NCBI GenBank assembly: GCA_021774695.1
Contig: JAJFIU010000111.1
Span: forward strand, 4,182 to 28,181
Length of the DNA: 24,000 nucleotides
Direction of reading: 5' to 3'
Origin: Alphaproteobacteria bacterium
GTDB lineage: Bacteria > Pseudomonadota > Alphaproteobacteria > Sphingomonadales > Kordiimonadaceae
The notes under the pieces are model-generated. The model had not been told where the DNA came from, made no database searches, and saw only the letters and a list, made by a program, of their open reading frames with translations. Positions 13,929 to 23,790 of the stretch are shown one piece after another. Both the position numbers and the translations under genes were made by a program. How positions within the stretch are numbered: the first letter of the stretch is position 1; every line of letters starts with the position of its first letter.

Positions 13929-14708
13929 TCAGAATTCCTTGGCAACTGCCTCAGCAAGCTCACTGCGGGTTTGGTGGTGGGTTAGGTCCAGATGCAGCGG
14001 GGTGATGGAAATGAATTTTTCGCGTACTGATTTCAGGTCTGTCTCGTGGCCCGGCAGGCCCACTTCGCGCCCTAGTCCGAACCAATAGTATTTGAAACCA
14101 CGCGGATCGACGCGTTCTTCAACATTATTGCCCAGCATCTCGCGCCTGCCCTGCTCAGTCACGCGGATGCCCTGAATTTCCTCTGGCACAAAGGCGGGGA
14201 AATTCACATTCATTAACACACCAGTTGGCCAGCCAGTATCCAACAGCGATTTCAGCACTTCGGGTGCAAAACGCTCTGCGGTTTTCCATTTGGTGCGCTG
14301 ATCGGGGCGAATGCACTGGCTGAAAGCAACCGACGGTATGCTGGCAAGCGTGCCTTCCATGGCCACTGACACAGTGCCCGAGTAAGTAACATCCTCGGCC
14401 AAATTGCCGCCGCGGTTGATGCCCGACAGTATCAGCGTTGGCAGGCTGTCCACCATAATCTGGTTCAGCGCCAGCATCACGCAGTCTGTTGGTGTGCCGT
14501 CGATGGACCAACGCTTGTCATCATGCTTTCGCACGCGAAGCGGCCGCGTGAGCGTGAGCGAGTGCCCAGCGCCGGATTGCTCGGTTTCGGGTGCAACCAC
14601 CCAAACATCGTCAGAAAACTGCCGTGCAACGGCCTCCAGCACCTTCAGGCCCGGTGCGTTGATACCGTCGTCGTTTGAAATGAGTATACGCGCTGCTGAT
14701 ACAGACAT
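13929..14708 (-). CDS. surE: 5'/3'-nucleotidase SurE
   Basis: N-terminal ILISNDDGINAPGL signature, GTPTDCV, SGINRGGN. The ATG overlaps the serS stop as TAATG. Confidence 0.95.
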   Translation of the reverse strand: MSVSAARILISNDDGINAPGLKVLEAVARQFSDDVWVVAPETEQSGAGHSLTLTRPLRVRKHDDKRWSIDGTPTDCVMLALNQIMVDSLPTLILSGINRGGNLAEDVTYSGTVSVAMEGTLASIPSVAFSQCIRPDQRTKWKTAERFAPEVLKSLLDTGWPTGVLMNVNFPAFVPEEIQGIRVTEQGRREMLGNNVEERVDPRGFKYYWFGLGREVGLPGHETDLKSVREKFISITPLHLDLTHHQTRSELAEAVAKEF

Positions 14709-16000
14709 TACTTGGCTCCAATCACAGTGACGCCGCCCATATAGGGCAGCAGCGCCTCAGGCACAGTGATAGTGCCGTCTTCCTGTTGGTAGTTTTCCAG
14801 CACCGCCACCAGCGTTCGGCCAACAGCAAGGCCGGAGCCGTTGAGTGTGTGGACAAACCGGGTTTGTTTCTCACCCTTCGGGCGGCAGCGCATTTTCATG
14901 CGGCGGGCCTGAAAGTCACCGCAGGTGGAACAGCTTGAAATTTCGCGGAACTTGCCCTGCCCCGGCAGCCATACTTCCAAGTCGTAAGTACGGCGGGCGC
15001 CGAAGCCCACATCGCCGCTGCATAGTTTCATCACCCGGTAGGCGATATCCAGCTGCTTGAGCACTTCCTCGGCGCAGCCGGTCATGCGTTCCAGCTCGTC
15101 GTCTGATTGCTCAGGCGTGGTCAGCGAGACCATCTCAACCTTTTCAAACTGATGCTGGCGGATCATGCCGCGTGTATCGCGCCCGGCAGCACCGGCCTCT
15201 GCGCGGAAACACTGACCGTGCGCGGTCATGCGTATCGGCATGTCAGCTTCATCAAGAATTTCGCCCGAGTGAATGTTGGTCAGCGTGACCTCTGACGTGG
15301 GGATAAGCCAGTGCCCGGTGTTGGTGGTGAAAGCATCATCACCGAATTTAGGCAGTTGGCCAGTGCCCAGCAGCGCGCTTTCACGCACCAGCGCTGGGGT
15401 TAGCACTTCGGTATAGCCGTGGTCGCGGGTGTGCAAGTCCAGCATAAACTGGCCCAGTGCCCGCTCAAGCCGGGCGATCTCACCGCTGAGGATAACAAAG
15501 CGCGAGCCGGAAAGTTTGGCCGCACGCTCGAAATCCATTCCCGGTAATTGGCCGCCTAACTGCTCACCCAGATCAAAATGTTCTTTGGCCTCAAAATTAA
15601 AGCTGCGCGGTGTGCCCCATGTGCGCACTTCCACGTTATCGTCTTCATCAGCACCGTCTGGCACATCGTCGTACAAGGCGTTCGGCAGGCTCATCAGGAT
15701 CAGGTTCAGCTGTTCGCCCAGTGTGCGCTCTTGGTCCTCGAACCCGGCAAGCTTTTGTTTCAGCTCGCCAACTTCAGCCATCAGCGCCTGCGCTTCTTCC
15801 TCGTTGCCTTGGCCCTTAGCGCGGCCAATCAGTTTTGAGGCTTCGTTGCGGCGAGCTTGCGCGGCTTGGCTTTCGGTTTGCAGCGCGCGGTGGTCTTTAT
15901 CCATCGACAGAATTTCCTGGGCGCGAGCTTCCTCGCCCCGGCGGGCAAGTGCCCGGTCAAATTCGTCAGGGTTTTCACGGATAAATTTCAGGTCAAACAT
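14708..16000 (-). CDS. serS: Seryl-tRNA synthetase
   Basis: N-terminal coiled-coil arm ([14 protein letters not shown]...). Class II motifs [25 protein letters not shown] and [18 protein letters not shown]. Confidence 0.95.
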   Translation of the reverse strand: MFDLKFIRENPDEFDRALARRGEEARAQEILSMDKDHRALQTESQAAQARRNEASKLIGRAKGQGNEEEAQALMAEVGELKQKLAGFEDQERTLGEQLNLILMSLPNALYDDVPDGADEDDNVEVRTWGTPRSFNFEAKEHFDLGEQLGGQLPGMDFERAAKLSGSRFVILSGEIARLERALGQFMLDLHTRDHGYTEVLTPALVRESALLGTGQLPKFGDDAFTTNTGHWLIPTSEVTLTNIHSGEILDEADMPIRMTAHGQCFRAEAGAAGRDTRGMIRQHQFEKVEMVSLTTPEQSDDELERMTGCAEEVLKQLDIAYRVMKLCSGDVGFGARRTYDLEVWLPGQGKFREISSCSTCGDFQARRMKMRCRPKGEKQTRFVHTLNGSGLAVGRTLVAVLENYQQEDGTITVPEALLPYMGGVTVIGAK

Positions 16001-16032
16001 GCTGCAGGTCCATTTTGGTGGATTATTTAGCG

Positions 16033-16056
16033 TTTCCCGCCAAATGCGGCAGGAAA
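16033..16056 (-). other. 9-bp GC-rich hairpin immediately after the tatC stop, with no U-tract
   Basis: TTTCCCGCC (16033-16041) / GGCAGGAAA (16048-16056), 6-nt loop, one G-U pair on the minus-strand RNA. It is followed by a non-U-rich sequence, so it is not a canonical intrinsic terminator. Confidence 0.3.
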
Positions 16057-16057
16057 C

Positions 16058-16948
16058 CTAGCTGTCGTCGTCTTCATCTTCGTCTTCGCTGTCATCATCA
16101 CTATCATCAGCAGCAGCGCGTTTGCGCTCGGTTGCAGCGATCAAAAGGATGGAAAGCTCATACAGGAGCAGAATGGGAATGCCAAGGGCGATCTGGCTTA
16201 TGGGGTCTGGCGGGGTTAGGAACGCGGCGATTAAAAAGGTTACCACCACCATATAGCGGCGTTTGTCGCGCAGGCCCTGCGCTGTCACGATACCGGCGCG
16301 GCCCATCAGGGTAAGTGCCACCGGCAACAGAAAGGCAACGCCGAAGCCAAAAATCATTTGCATCACCAGCGACAAATATTCGCTGACCTTGGCCTCTGCG
16401 GTAATTTCGATGGCGCCGATGCCGCCCGCTTGTTCAAAACTCAGTAGAAACTCCCATGCCCACGGGATAACCACGAAGTAGGCCAGCGACCCACCCATGG
16501 CAAACAGCACAGGTGTTGCCAGCAAAAATGGCAGAAAAGCGCGCTTTTCGTCGCGGTACAGACCGGGGGCGACGAATTTCCATATCTGGGTGGCCAGCAG
16601 CGGGAACGTGACGATAAAAGCGGCATAGAGCGCCACCTTCAAGTTGACGAAGAAACCTTCGGTAAGCGCAGTGAAAATCATCCGGCGGCTGTCACCTGCC
16701 GCCGCTTGCGCATCCATGTAGGGTTTAGCCAGAATGTTGAAAACTTCATCCGCGAAATAAATACCGACCAAAAATGCCACGAACATTCCCACAAGCACTT
16801 TTATCAGCCGGCGACGCAATTCGTTCAGATGATCCAGAAGCGGTGCCCTGCTGGCATCAACTTCATCGTCTTCATCATCATCGATCAAATCTGGACCACC
16901 GCCCTCCGTGCCTAGATGTTTTGGACCGAGTTCTTTCGGAGGCATCAT
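16058..16948 (-). CDS. tatC: Twin-arginine translocase subunit TatC, with acidic N- and C-terminal extensions
   Basis: PLLDHLNELRRRL start of the conserved core and 6 TM segments. ATGA overlap with the tatB stop. Extra tails DLIDDDEDDEVD (N-terminal) and AADDSDDDSEDEDEDDDS (C-terminal). Confidence 0.95.
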   Translation of the reverse strand: MMPPKELGPKHLGTEGGGPDLIDDDEDDEVDASRAPLLDHLNELRRRLIKVLVGMFVAFLVGIYFADEVFNILAKPYMDAQAAAGDSRRMIFTALTEGFFVNLKVALYAAFIVTFPLLATQIWKFVAPGLYRDEKRAFLPFLLATPVLFAMGGSLAYFVVIPWAWEFLLSFEQAGGIGAIEITAEAKVSEYLSLVMQMIFGFGVAFLLPVALTLMGRAGIVTAQGLRDKRRYMVVVTFLIAAFLTPPDPISQIALGIPILLLYELSILLIAATERKRAAADDSDDDSEDEDEDDDS

Positions 16949-17463
16949 GACGATCCCTCTTCAACATCGCCGCCCGTGGATTTATTTTTTGGGGCTGTTT
17001 TTTTGGTTTGGGGAGGTTTTTTAGTTTTTTCGGCGATTTTAGCACTGCTGGAGTCTGATTTTGTCGACTTCGACTCTTTTTTTGCCGACTTTGACTCGTT
17101 TTTTGGCGACTTTTGTTCTGATTTTTCGGGTTTCTCTGCAGATTTTTCTGCCTTTTCAGGCGAAACATTGACATCTGCTGCTTCTTCAGCGTCCCGGTTG
17201 GCCAAAATATGTTCGGTAACTTCGCTGGCGCTCATGCCCGGCCTGAGGCCCTCTTCTTTGCGTAAATCGGAAAAAGGGTCCACTTCCCGCTCCACCTCGG
17301 CCGCAAGATCTTCCACACCAGACCTGAACTCAGCCGCCATCTCCCGCGCCTTGCGCAAGAAGCCGCCAACAGTCCGCAGCAGTTTAGGTAGCTCCTTGGG
17401 TCCAACAACCACAAGCGCCAGCACTGCAACTACCAAGAGCTCTGGGGCGCCGATATCAAACAT
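16945..17463 (-). CDS. tatB: Twin-arginine translocase subunit TatB, with a long Lys/Ser/Glu-rich repetitive tail
   Basis: MFDIGAPELLVVAVLALVVVGPKELPKLLRTVGGFLRKAREMAAEFR is a canonical TatB N-terminus. The C-terminal ~75 aa are low complexity. Confidence 0.9.
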   Translation of the reverse strand: MFDIGAPELLVVAVLALVVVGPKELPKLLRTVGGFLRKAREMAAEFRSGVEDLAAEVEREVDPFSDLRKEEGLRPGMSASEVTEHILANRDAEEAADVNVSPEKAEKSAEKPEKSEQKSPKNESKSAKKESKSTKSDSSSAKIAEKTKKPPQTKKTAPKNKSTGGDVEEGSS

Positions 17464-17548
17464 TCATGTGACTCCAGAAGGACTTAACGAGCATTATCTC
17501 ATCTGCAATTCGGAAAATGACAGAAAGGCATCCGACCTTCAAATCAGA

Positions 17549-17803
17549 TTAAACTTCTGTTTTTTCTTTGTCATTCGCTGTCGATTCCGTTGGCGACACT
17601 GTTTCGCCGTCGATTACCCGACTGTCAGACACCTCCTTGGCGTCCGCTGCAGAGGCAGTATCAGCCGTGTCTTCCTTCAAGCCTTTACGGAAGCTGGTTA
17701 TGCCCTTGGCGACATCACCCATGAGGTCAGATATCTTGCCGCGCCCAAACAATAAAATGATGAGCAGCGCAACCAGTGCGATTTGTAGCCAACCAGGAAA
17801 CAT
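17549..17803 (-). CDS. tatA: Twin-arginine translocase subunit TatA
   Basis: [29 protein letters not shown] TatA/E core. GGAG SD 7 nt upstream of the ATG. Confidence 0.9.
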   Translation of the reverse strand: MFPGWLQIALVALLIILLFGRGKISDLMGDVAKGITSFRKGLKEDTADTASAADAKEVSDSRVIDGETVSPTESTANDKEKTEV

Positions 17804-17824
17804 ACTCTTTCTCCAAAGGATAAT

Positions 17825-17838
17825 ATTATATTATTATA
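17825..17838 (-). promoter_or_regulatory. Putative tatA promoter -10 region (two overlapping-phase TATAAT hexamers in a very AT-rich spacer)
   Basis: Minus-strand TATAAT at 17838-17833 and 17830-17825, 22-35 nt upstream of the tatA ATG. No convincing -35. Confidence 0.3.
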
Positions 17839-17862
17839 ATTAGTTACGTTATTTATCTAATC

Positions 17863-18696
17863 TTATAAATCATCTTTATTTTCGACAAACACGTCCGGAT
17901 TATCAGCTTCATGTTCTTCTTCATTATTGTCTAACTCCGGCTCATCTTCTTTGTCAATTTCCGCAATAGCATCTTCCAAGTCAATCTGACCATCGTCCTC
18001 ATTGTCACCCCCAGCTGAGGGCATTCCGCCCAGCTTATCCAGCGCAACATCCACACTATCCAGCAAACCTGCGGCTTTCAACTCTTGAAGGCCTGGTAGG
18101 TCTTTAATGCTTTCGATGCCAAAATGCACCAGAAATTCTTCGGTCGTGCCGTATGTTACCGGGCGGCCCGGTGTACGTTTGCGTCCCAGCATCCGGGCCC
18201 AGCCAGCTTCCATCAACACATCCAGCGTTCCCTTGGATATGGTAACGCCGCGCACTTCTTCAATCTCTGTTCTGGTAACAGGCTGGTGATAAGCAATGAT
18301 CGACAAGGTCTCAACCGCTGCGCGCGATAGCTTGCGCGGTTCGTCCACTTCACGGCGCAACAGAAACGATAGATCATCTGCCGTGCGGAACATATGTTTA
18401 CCGGCCAGCTTCACCAAATTAACCCCGCGGTTTTGGTAATCGTCCTGCAAAGCCTCCAAATGCGCTGCAATATCAACACCTTCAGGCACTCGCTCACCGA
18501 TATCGTCTATTGAAAGCGGCGTTTCGCTAGCAAATAAAATGGCTTCCACCATCCGCCTTTGCTCCAAGTCAGCTTCAACGGGCAAAGGCGCAGTCTCTAC
18601 CTGTTCGGCCTGCTGCGCGCTGCCTTCTGCTTCTTCGGCTTCGTTTCTATGTATCTCGTCTGCCATCGTCTGGTCGGTCGCTCTACCTGTTTCCAT
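17863..18696 (-). CDS. scpB: SMC-Scp complex subunit ScpB
   Basis: The track ORF extends to 18801 but would overlap scpA by 95 nt. The ATG at 18696 lies 10 nt after the scpA stop. Core RMVEAILFASETPLSIDDI...IIAYHQPVTRTEIEEVRGV. Acidic C-terminal tail. Confidence 0.85.
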   Translation of the reverse strand: METGRATDQTMADEIHRNEAEEAEGSAQQAEQVETAPLPVEADLEQRRMVEAILFASETPLSIDDIGERVPEGVDIAAHLEALQDDYQNRGVNLVKLAGKHMFRTADDLSFLLRREVDEPRKLSRAAVETLSIIAYHQPVTRTEIEEVRGVTISKGTLDVLMEAGWARMLGRKRTPGRPVTYGTTEEFLVHFGIESIKDLPGLQELKAAGLLDSVDVALDKLGGMPSAGGDNEDDGQIDLEDAIAEIDKEDEPELDNNEEEHEADNPDVFVENKDDL

Positions 18697-18706
18697 GCCT
18701 AAATCG

Positions 18707-19495
18707 CTAGTCTTGTTTTTGCCGCAGGAATATGGGGCCAAATGTTTCCATTTGACGCAAATCAGCACTTCCCTGCCGCGCCAGCTCAAGGCTGGCAGCA
18801 AACATGCTCGCCAGCGCAGATTTTCGCAAGCGTTTATCTTTCATATCACCTGGCAAAAAGTCTGCCAGTTGTGCCCAGTTGAAAGCGCCGCCGATCATGC
18901 CATTCAAACGCTCCAGCGCGTCTTCCAAGGAATAGATTGGTCGTCGCTCGATCCGAATTTCAGTGATCGAAAATTTCTGCCGGTTTTCCGCATAAGCTTT
19001 CAAGAGCTCGTAGAGCGTAACGTCATAGTGACCACGCTTGAGGACTTTCAGCCCTTCCGGCCTGCCACGCCTGAAAACATCGCGCCCCATGCGGTCCCGC
19101 GCCATAATGCGTGCGCCAACGTCGCGCATGGCCTCCAACCGCTGCAGCCTGAGTTGCAACCGAAATGCAAGTTCTTCGGCGCTTGGTTCTTCGCCGTCTT
19201 CTTCCTTGGGCAGCAACAGCCGTGACTTCAAATAGGCAAGCCACGCCGCCATCACTATGTAATCGGCCGCCAATTCCAACTTGATCTTGCGGGCTTCAGC
19301 GACAAATTCCAGATATTGTTCAACAAGTTGCAAGATAGATATCTGAGCCAGATCAACTTTTTGCGCCCGCGCAAGCGTGAGCAGCACATCGAGCGGGCCT
19401 TCAAAGCCGTCAATTTGCAACACCAAATGATCTTCACCCGGTGTGTGCGCCATAGCATTCAACATCGGCGCGTCGATATCTTCTTCAAATTCCAT
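18707..19495 (-). CDS. scpA: Segregation and condensation protein ScpA
   Basis: LQIDGFEGPLDVLLTLARAQKVDLAQISILQLVEQY signature. The track start at 19519 is a TTG. The first ATG (19495) overlaps the upstream stop as TAATG, so I prefer it. Confidence 0.85.
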   Translation of the reverse strand: MEFEEDIDAPMLNAMAHTPGEDHLVLQIDGFEGPLDVLLTLARAQKVDLAQISILQLVEQYLEFVAEARKIKLELAADYIVMAAWLAYLKSRLLLPKEEDGEEPSAEELAFRLQLRLQRLEAMRDVGARIMARDRMGRDVFRRGRPEGLKVLKRGHYDVTLYELLKAYAENRQKFSITEIRIERRPIYSLEDALERLNGMIGGAFNWAQLADFLPGDMKDKRLRKSALASMFAASLELARQGSADLRQMETFGPIFLRQKQD

Positions 19496-20148
19496 TATAT
19501 CGGTACATTCACCGCCCAAACCACCAAACCCGTCATATACATCGTTGGCACAATTATAATGTCTTTCGCCAGCATAATCACCGCAATCAGAATAAAAAAG
19601 CCGTAAGGCGCGATCGACGCGTATTTTTGGGCAAGTTCGCGCGGCAACAACTGTTCCAGCACCGCGCCGCCGTCCAACGGTGGAATCGGCAACAGGTTAA
19701 ACACCATAAACAGGCAATTCATAAAAATGCCGTAGTACATGGTGTTGACAATCCAGTCCTCGCCCGTTGCGCCTCCCTGCAACACGAAACGCAGGACGTA
19801 AGCGCAGAAAACCGCAACAACAACGTTACCCGCCGGACCTGCCAGCGCCACCAAAATCATAGCCTTTCGGTGACTACCCTTGAAGTTAGCAGGTTGAATC
19901 ATAACGGGTTTTGCATAGCCGATCAAAAACGGAAACCCTGTCATCACAGCAAACAAAGGAATGATTACTGTGCCTAGCAGGTCCATATGCACCAGAGGAT
20001 TCAGTGAAAGCCGCCCGTCACGCTTGGGTGTAGTGTCACCAAAAGCAGTTGCCGCGTAGGCGTGACCCGCTTCATGCAGTGTTACCGCAAGCAAAAATGG
20101 CAGCGCCATAATGCTCAACAGATAAAATTTGTCGGCGAAATATTCCAA
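19495..20148 (-). CDS. Site-2 protease family (peptidase M50) membrane metalloprotease
   Basis: HEAGHAY zinc motif in TM1 and NLLPIPPLDGG motif. Multi-TM. TTG start 9 nt after the nagZ stop. Confidence 0.85.
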   Translation of the reverse strand: MEYFADKFYLLSIMALPFLLAVTLHEAGHAYAATAFGDTTPKRDGRLSLNPLVHMDLLGTVIIPLFAVMTGFPFLIGYAKPVMIQPANFKGSHRKAMILVALAGPAGNVVVAVFCAYVLRFVLQGGATGEDWIVNTMYYGIFMNCLFMVFNLLPIPPLDGGAVLEQLLPRELAQKYASIAPYGFFILIAVIMLAKDIIIVPTMYMTGLVVWAVNVPI

Positions 20149-20157
20149 AATCAGGTC

Positions 20158-21177
20158 CTAAATTATACTATTCAGTTCAAGCATAACGCTGTCGTACTGG
20201 GCTTCTACATTCATGCGGTCAATAGGATTGGTACGTCTAACAACGTCGACTGCATCAGTGAGCCTCGATACTAGATGCCCATTTGATGGCTGCAACGCAT
20301 TTGCGGCCTGTAGCATCTCATCCATCTTGCCGTTGCAATGGAGTACCAAGTCGCAACCAGCTTCCAGCGCGCCTTCTGCCCGTTCCGCCATGGTTCCACT
20401 AAGGGCTTGCATTGACAAGTCGTCAGTCATCAACAGTCCGTCAAAACCAATATCCCGCCGTATAACATCACGAATAACAGTCTTCGAGAGCGTTGCTGGC
20501 AAAGCCTCGTCAATCCCCTCATAAACGATATGCGCGGTCATACCCAACGGGCAATCTGCCAGCGCCTTGAACGGCGCAAAATCTGTTGCTGTCAGCAGCT
20601 CCAAGGACGCATCCACCCGGGGAAGCACCTTATGGCTATCCACCTTTGCGCGACCATGCCCTGGCAAATGTTTTACCACCGGCAGCACGCCGGCCTCTTG
20701 CAGGCTATCGGTCACAACACGCCCTAACCTGCCGACTATGTCTGGTCTACTGGCAAAAGCCCTGTCACCGATAACATTGTCTGCGTCACCCGCCGGAACA
20801 TCCAAAAGCGGCAAACAATCCACATTGATGCCCACTCGGCGCAAGTCATCCGCAAGCAGCAGGCAATTGAGCCGAAGTGCCTCCACAGCAAGTTCGTAAT
20901 TAATTTCAGCCGCCTGGCCAAAAATCGCCATCGGTGGATATTTGCGCCAATGGGGTGGACCCATACGCTGAACCCGGCCGCCCTCCTGATCAATCAGCAT
21001 CAAGATGTCAGAGCGTTCAACACAAAGTTGAAGGTCCGTGGTTAGGGTTTTAAGTTGTTGAGGTGATTGGACATTGCGAGCGAACAGAATAAAACCGGCA
21101 GGTTGTTCGCGCGCAAAAAACTCGCGCTCTGGGTCGCTAAGCGCGGGGCCCGCGCACCCAAAAATCAGCGGTTTCAC
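20158..21177 (-). CDS. nagZ: Beta-N-acetylhexosaminidase NagZ (GH3)
   Basis: LIDQEGGRVQR, KHLPGHGRAKVDSH and LLMTDDLSMQAL GH3 motifs. GTG start. Confidence 0.9.
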   Translation of the reverse strand: MKPLIFGCAGPALSDPEREFFAREQPAGFILFARNVQSPQQLKTLTTDLQLCVERSDILMLIDQEGGRVQRMGPPHWRKYPPMAIFGQAAEINYELAVEALRLNCLLLADDLRRVGINVDCLPLLDVPAGDADNVIGDRAFASRPDIVGRLGRVVTDSLQEAGVLPVVKHLPGHGRAKVDSHKVLPRVDASLELLTATDFAPFKALADCPLGMTAHIVYEGIDEALPATLSKTVIRDVIRRDIGFDGLLMTDDLSMQALSGTMAERAEGALEAGCDLVLHCNGKMDEMLQAANALQPSNGHLVSRLTDAVDVVRRTNPIDRMNVEAQYDSVMLELNSII

Positions 21178-21186
21178 AGAAATACC

Positions 21187-21984
21187 CTACGAGCCAGCAA
21201 CAAAACATGCCTGGTCTTGCGCACGCAGGGAAATGCAAATTTCGTCGGCTCTTGACCGCGTAGTAACTGGACCAACGCGCAAGCGATAAAGGGTTCTATC
21301 GCCGCTTTGCACAGGCACGTAAACCGGGTCCATGTCCCCCAGTTGCCGAGGAAATTTAATTTTCAATGCTCGCCACGCAGTTGCGGCTGACGTTTCCGAG
21401 CCATAAGCTCCAAGCTGCACCCTGAAGCCCCCTACAGTTTCAACATCTGGCGTTGTCGGAGTTGGTGTCACCGCAGGGCGTGTCACCGCTGGGGCAGTCT
21501 CTACGGGCTTCTCCGGGACTGGCGTAGCTGCTGGTTGTTGAGTTGGTTTTGTTGCCGCTTCGGCAATATCACCGATAGTATCCTCGGTTCTTTTGTCCGC
21601 ATCAGCTGTAGGCATATCGGGAATTTTTGCCACCGGTTGTTCTGGTTGCTCGCCAATTTCTACGCGCGCTTTGGCCTTGGCACCGTCGCCAATTTCCAGA
21701 ACAGCCTTATCCTGATGGTCAACTTTCAAGCCGCCAGCATCAGCCGGACGCTCTTTCACCGGTCCTTCTTCTGCTGTAACTCGCTTTGGCCCCTCGCGCG
21801 GAGCGTCTTGGTATAAAAATACGATTGCCACTACAAACACCGCTATCAAAGCAGCCGCTATGCTTGCCGTAATAATGGTTTTGCGGCTAACGCTGAAAAA
21901 GCTGCTGTCATCGTCGCCTTCCGGCACCGGTTGCAACCAAGGCGGTACATCTTTGTTAGCTGAAGTATCGTCGCTGTCGGCCAT
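21187..21984 (-). CDS. SPOR-domain membrane-anchored protein
   Basis: One TM segment (IITASIAAALIAVFVVAIVFLY), a Pro/Thr/Ala-rich linker, and a C-terminal SPOR fold (FRVQLGAYGSETSAATAW...YRLRVGPVTTRSRADEIC). Confidence 0.85.
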   Translation of the reverse strand: MADSDDTSANKDVPPWLQPVPEGDDDSSFFSVSRKTIITASIAAALIAVFVVAIVFLYQDAPREGPKRVTAEEGPVKERPADAGGLKVDHQDKAVLEIGDGAKAKARVEIGEQPEQPVAKIPDMPTADADKRTEDTIGDIAEAATKPTQQPAATPVPEKPVETAPAVTRPAVTPTPTTPDVETVGGFRVQLGAYGSETSAATAWRALKIKFPRQLGDMDPVYVPVQSGDRTLYRLRVGPVTTRSRADEICISLRAQDQACFVAGS

Positions 21985-21985
21985 T

Positions 21986-23740
21986 TTAGCGCATTTCCTC
22001 CACTGGTGTTACCCCGAGAATGGCAAGCCCCCCGGCAATCACTGCTGCGGTGCTTCTGATCATCGCCAAACGCGCACATGTGACAGCTTCATTTCCCTCT
22101 ATCACAAAGCGCAGTTCAGCATTCTCGTTGCCCTTATTCCACAGACTATGAAACTCTGACGCCAGTTCATAGAGAAAAATCGCAATTCTATGGGGTTCAT
22201 GCGCTTCCGCAGCACTTTCAATCACGCGCGGAAAAGCACAACACTGCTGAATCAACGCAATTTCGGCCTCATCGGTCAACAGTGACAAGTCAGCTTTGGC
22301 AAGGGCGGCATCACTGGTGTCCAAAGCGGGGAAAATACTGGAAACACGGTTTTTAAGCACCGACCGAATGCGTGCATGGGCATATTGCACATAGAAAACC
22401 GGGTTATCCTTGGACTGCTCCATGACCTTATTGAAGTCAAAATCGAGCGGTGCATCGTTTTTACGGGTCAGCATGATAAAACGCGTAACGTCCCTGCCAA
22501 CTTCATCGACCACTTCACGCAGCGTGATAAAATTCCCCGACCGTTTGGACATTTTAAAGGGCTCACCGTCACGGAACAACCGCACCAGCTGACAAATCTT
22601 TACATCCAGCACAGCGTCATCAGCCAGCGCCTTTGCCGCCGTTACCATACGTTTCACGTACCCGGTGTGATCGGCGCCCCAAACGTCAATCATCGAGTGA
22701 AAGCCGCGCTGATACTTATCAAAATGGTAGGCGATGTCAGCCGCGAAATACGTGTAGTCTCCGTTGGACTTTTGCAGTGCCCTGTCCACATCGTCGCCGA
22801 AAGCAGTCGCTCGGAACAGGGTTTGCTCGCGCGGCTCCCAATCGTCCGGCTTCTGGCCTTTCGGTGGCTCGAGAACACCCTCATAAATATGGCCGTTGGC
22901 CCGCAAATCAGCGATAGCCTCATCGATCCGGCCGCTTTCGTGCAAAGTACGCTCTGAGAAAAACACTTCTTGTTCAATGCCAAGCGTCTTCAGATCTTCG
23001 CGCACCAGTGCCATCATGGCGTCTGTAGCTTCTTGCCGTATGGGTGCCAACCATTCGCTTTCATCAGCATCCAGCCATTTGTCGCCGTATTTTTCCTTGA
23101 GGTGTGCACCGACCGGCACCAGATAATCGCCGGGGTAAAGCCCTTCGGGGATTTCACCTATATCCTCACCCAGCGCCTCGCGGTAGCGAAGATAGGCAGA
23201 CCGGGCAAGCGTATCAATCTGGCCGCCAGCATCATTAATCAGATACTCTTTGGCGACGGCGTACCCCACCTTTGAGAGCAGGTTTGCAAGCGCGTCACCA
23301 AAAACAGCCCCGCGTACATGGCCCACATGCAGCGGACCAGTTGGATTGGCCGATACATATTCCACATTGACCTTCTCGCCGCCACCTAGCTGGCTGCTAC
23401 CGTAATCCGGACCGGCGGCCAATATAACAGCGATCTGTTTTTGCCAAAAACCTGGTGTAAGCCGCAAATTAATGAAACCGGGCCCAGCCACCTCAACGGC
23501 AGCAACATCTGCGTTTTCTTCCAGAGCCGGTGCAAGCAGGCCAGCAAAGGCGCGTGGGTTCATCTTTGCCTGTTTGGCAAGAACCATGGCAGCATTGGTT
23601 GAAAGATCACCGTGGCTGGCGTCGCGGGGTGGTTCAACGGTTATATTTTTATAATCCAGGTCTGCAGGCAGACTGCCCGATGCTGTGAGCGCGTCAAGCG
23701 CGACTTCAACAATACCCCGAAAATGGGTAAAAACATTCAT
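21986..23740 (-). CDS. argS: Arginyl-tRNA synthetase
   Basis: [14 protein letters not shown] (HIGH), MSKRSG (KMSKS), C-terminal DALR anticodon-binding region. 584 aa. Confidence 0.95.
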   Translation of the reverse strand: MNVFTHFRGIVEVALDALTASGSLPADLDYKNITVEPPRDASHGDLSTNAAMVLAKQAKMNPRAFAGLLAPALEENADVAAVEVAGPGFINLRLTPGFWQKQIAVILAAGPDYGSSQLGGGEKVNVEYVSANPTGPLHVGHVRGAVFGDALANLLSKVGYAVAKEYLINDAGGQIDTLARSAYLRYREALGEDIGEIPEGLYPGDYLVPVGAHLKEKYGDKWLDADESEWLAPIRQEATDAMMALVREDLKTLGIEQEVFFSERTLHESGRIDEAIADLRANGHIYEGVLEPPKGQKPDDWEPREQTLFRATAFGDDVDRALQKSNGDYTYFAADIAYHFDKYQRGFHSMIDVWGADHTGYVKRMVTAAKALADDAVLDVKICQLVRLFRDGEPFKMSKRSGNFITLREVVDEVGRDVTRFIMLTRKNDAPLDFDFNKVMEQSKDNPVFYVQYAHARIRSVLKNRVSSIFPALDTSDAALAKADLSLLTDEAEIALIQQCCAFPRVIESAAEAHEPHRIAIFLYELASEFHSLWNKGNENAELRFVIEGNEAVTCARLAMIRSTAAVIAGGLAILGVTPVEEMR

Positions 23741-23790
23741 GATATTCAGTCTTTCTGGTCGGTCAGTGAGCTTAGCAAGCTACAGGCGCT

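Noticed and set aside
15429-16061. 210-aa plus-strand ORF
   Set aside because: It lies entirely antisense to serS. It is Ser/Arg/Ala/Pro-rich low-complexity sequence typical of the shadow frame of a GC-rich gene, and it has no recognisable motifs.
16916-17755. 279-aa plus-strand ORF
   Set aside because: Antisense to tatB and tatA, whose identities are unambiguous. The composition (runs of S/F/D mirroring the K/S/E repeats) is a shadow of the tatB repeat tract.
18539-19225. 228-aa plus-strand ORF, and similarly 22376-22957 (193 aa) and 1801-2265 (154 aa)
   Set aside because: All are antisense to well-supported genes (scpA/scpB, argS, MBL hydrolase) with no motifs. They are shadow ORFs.
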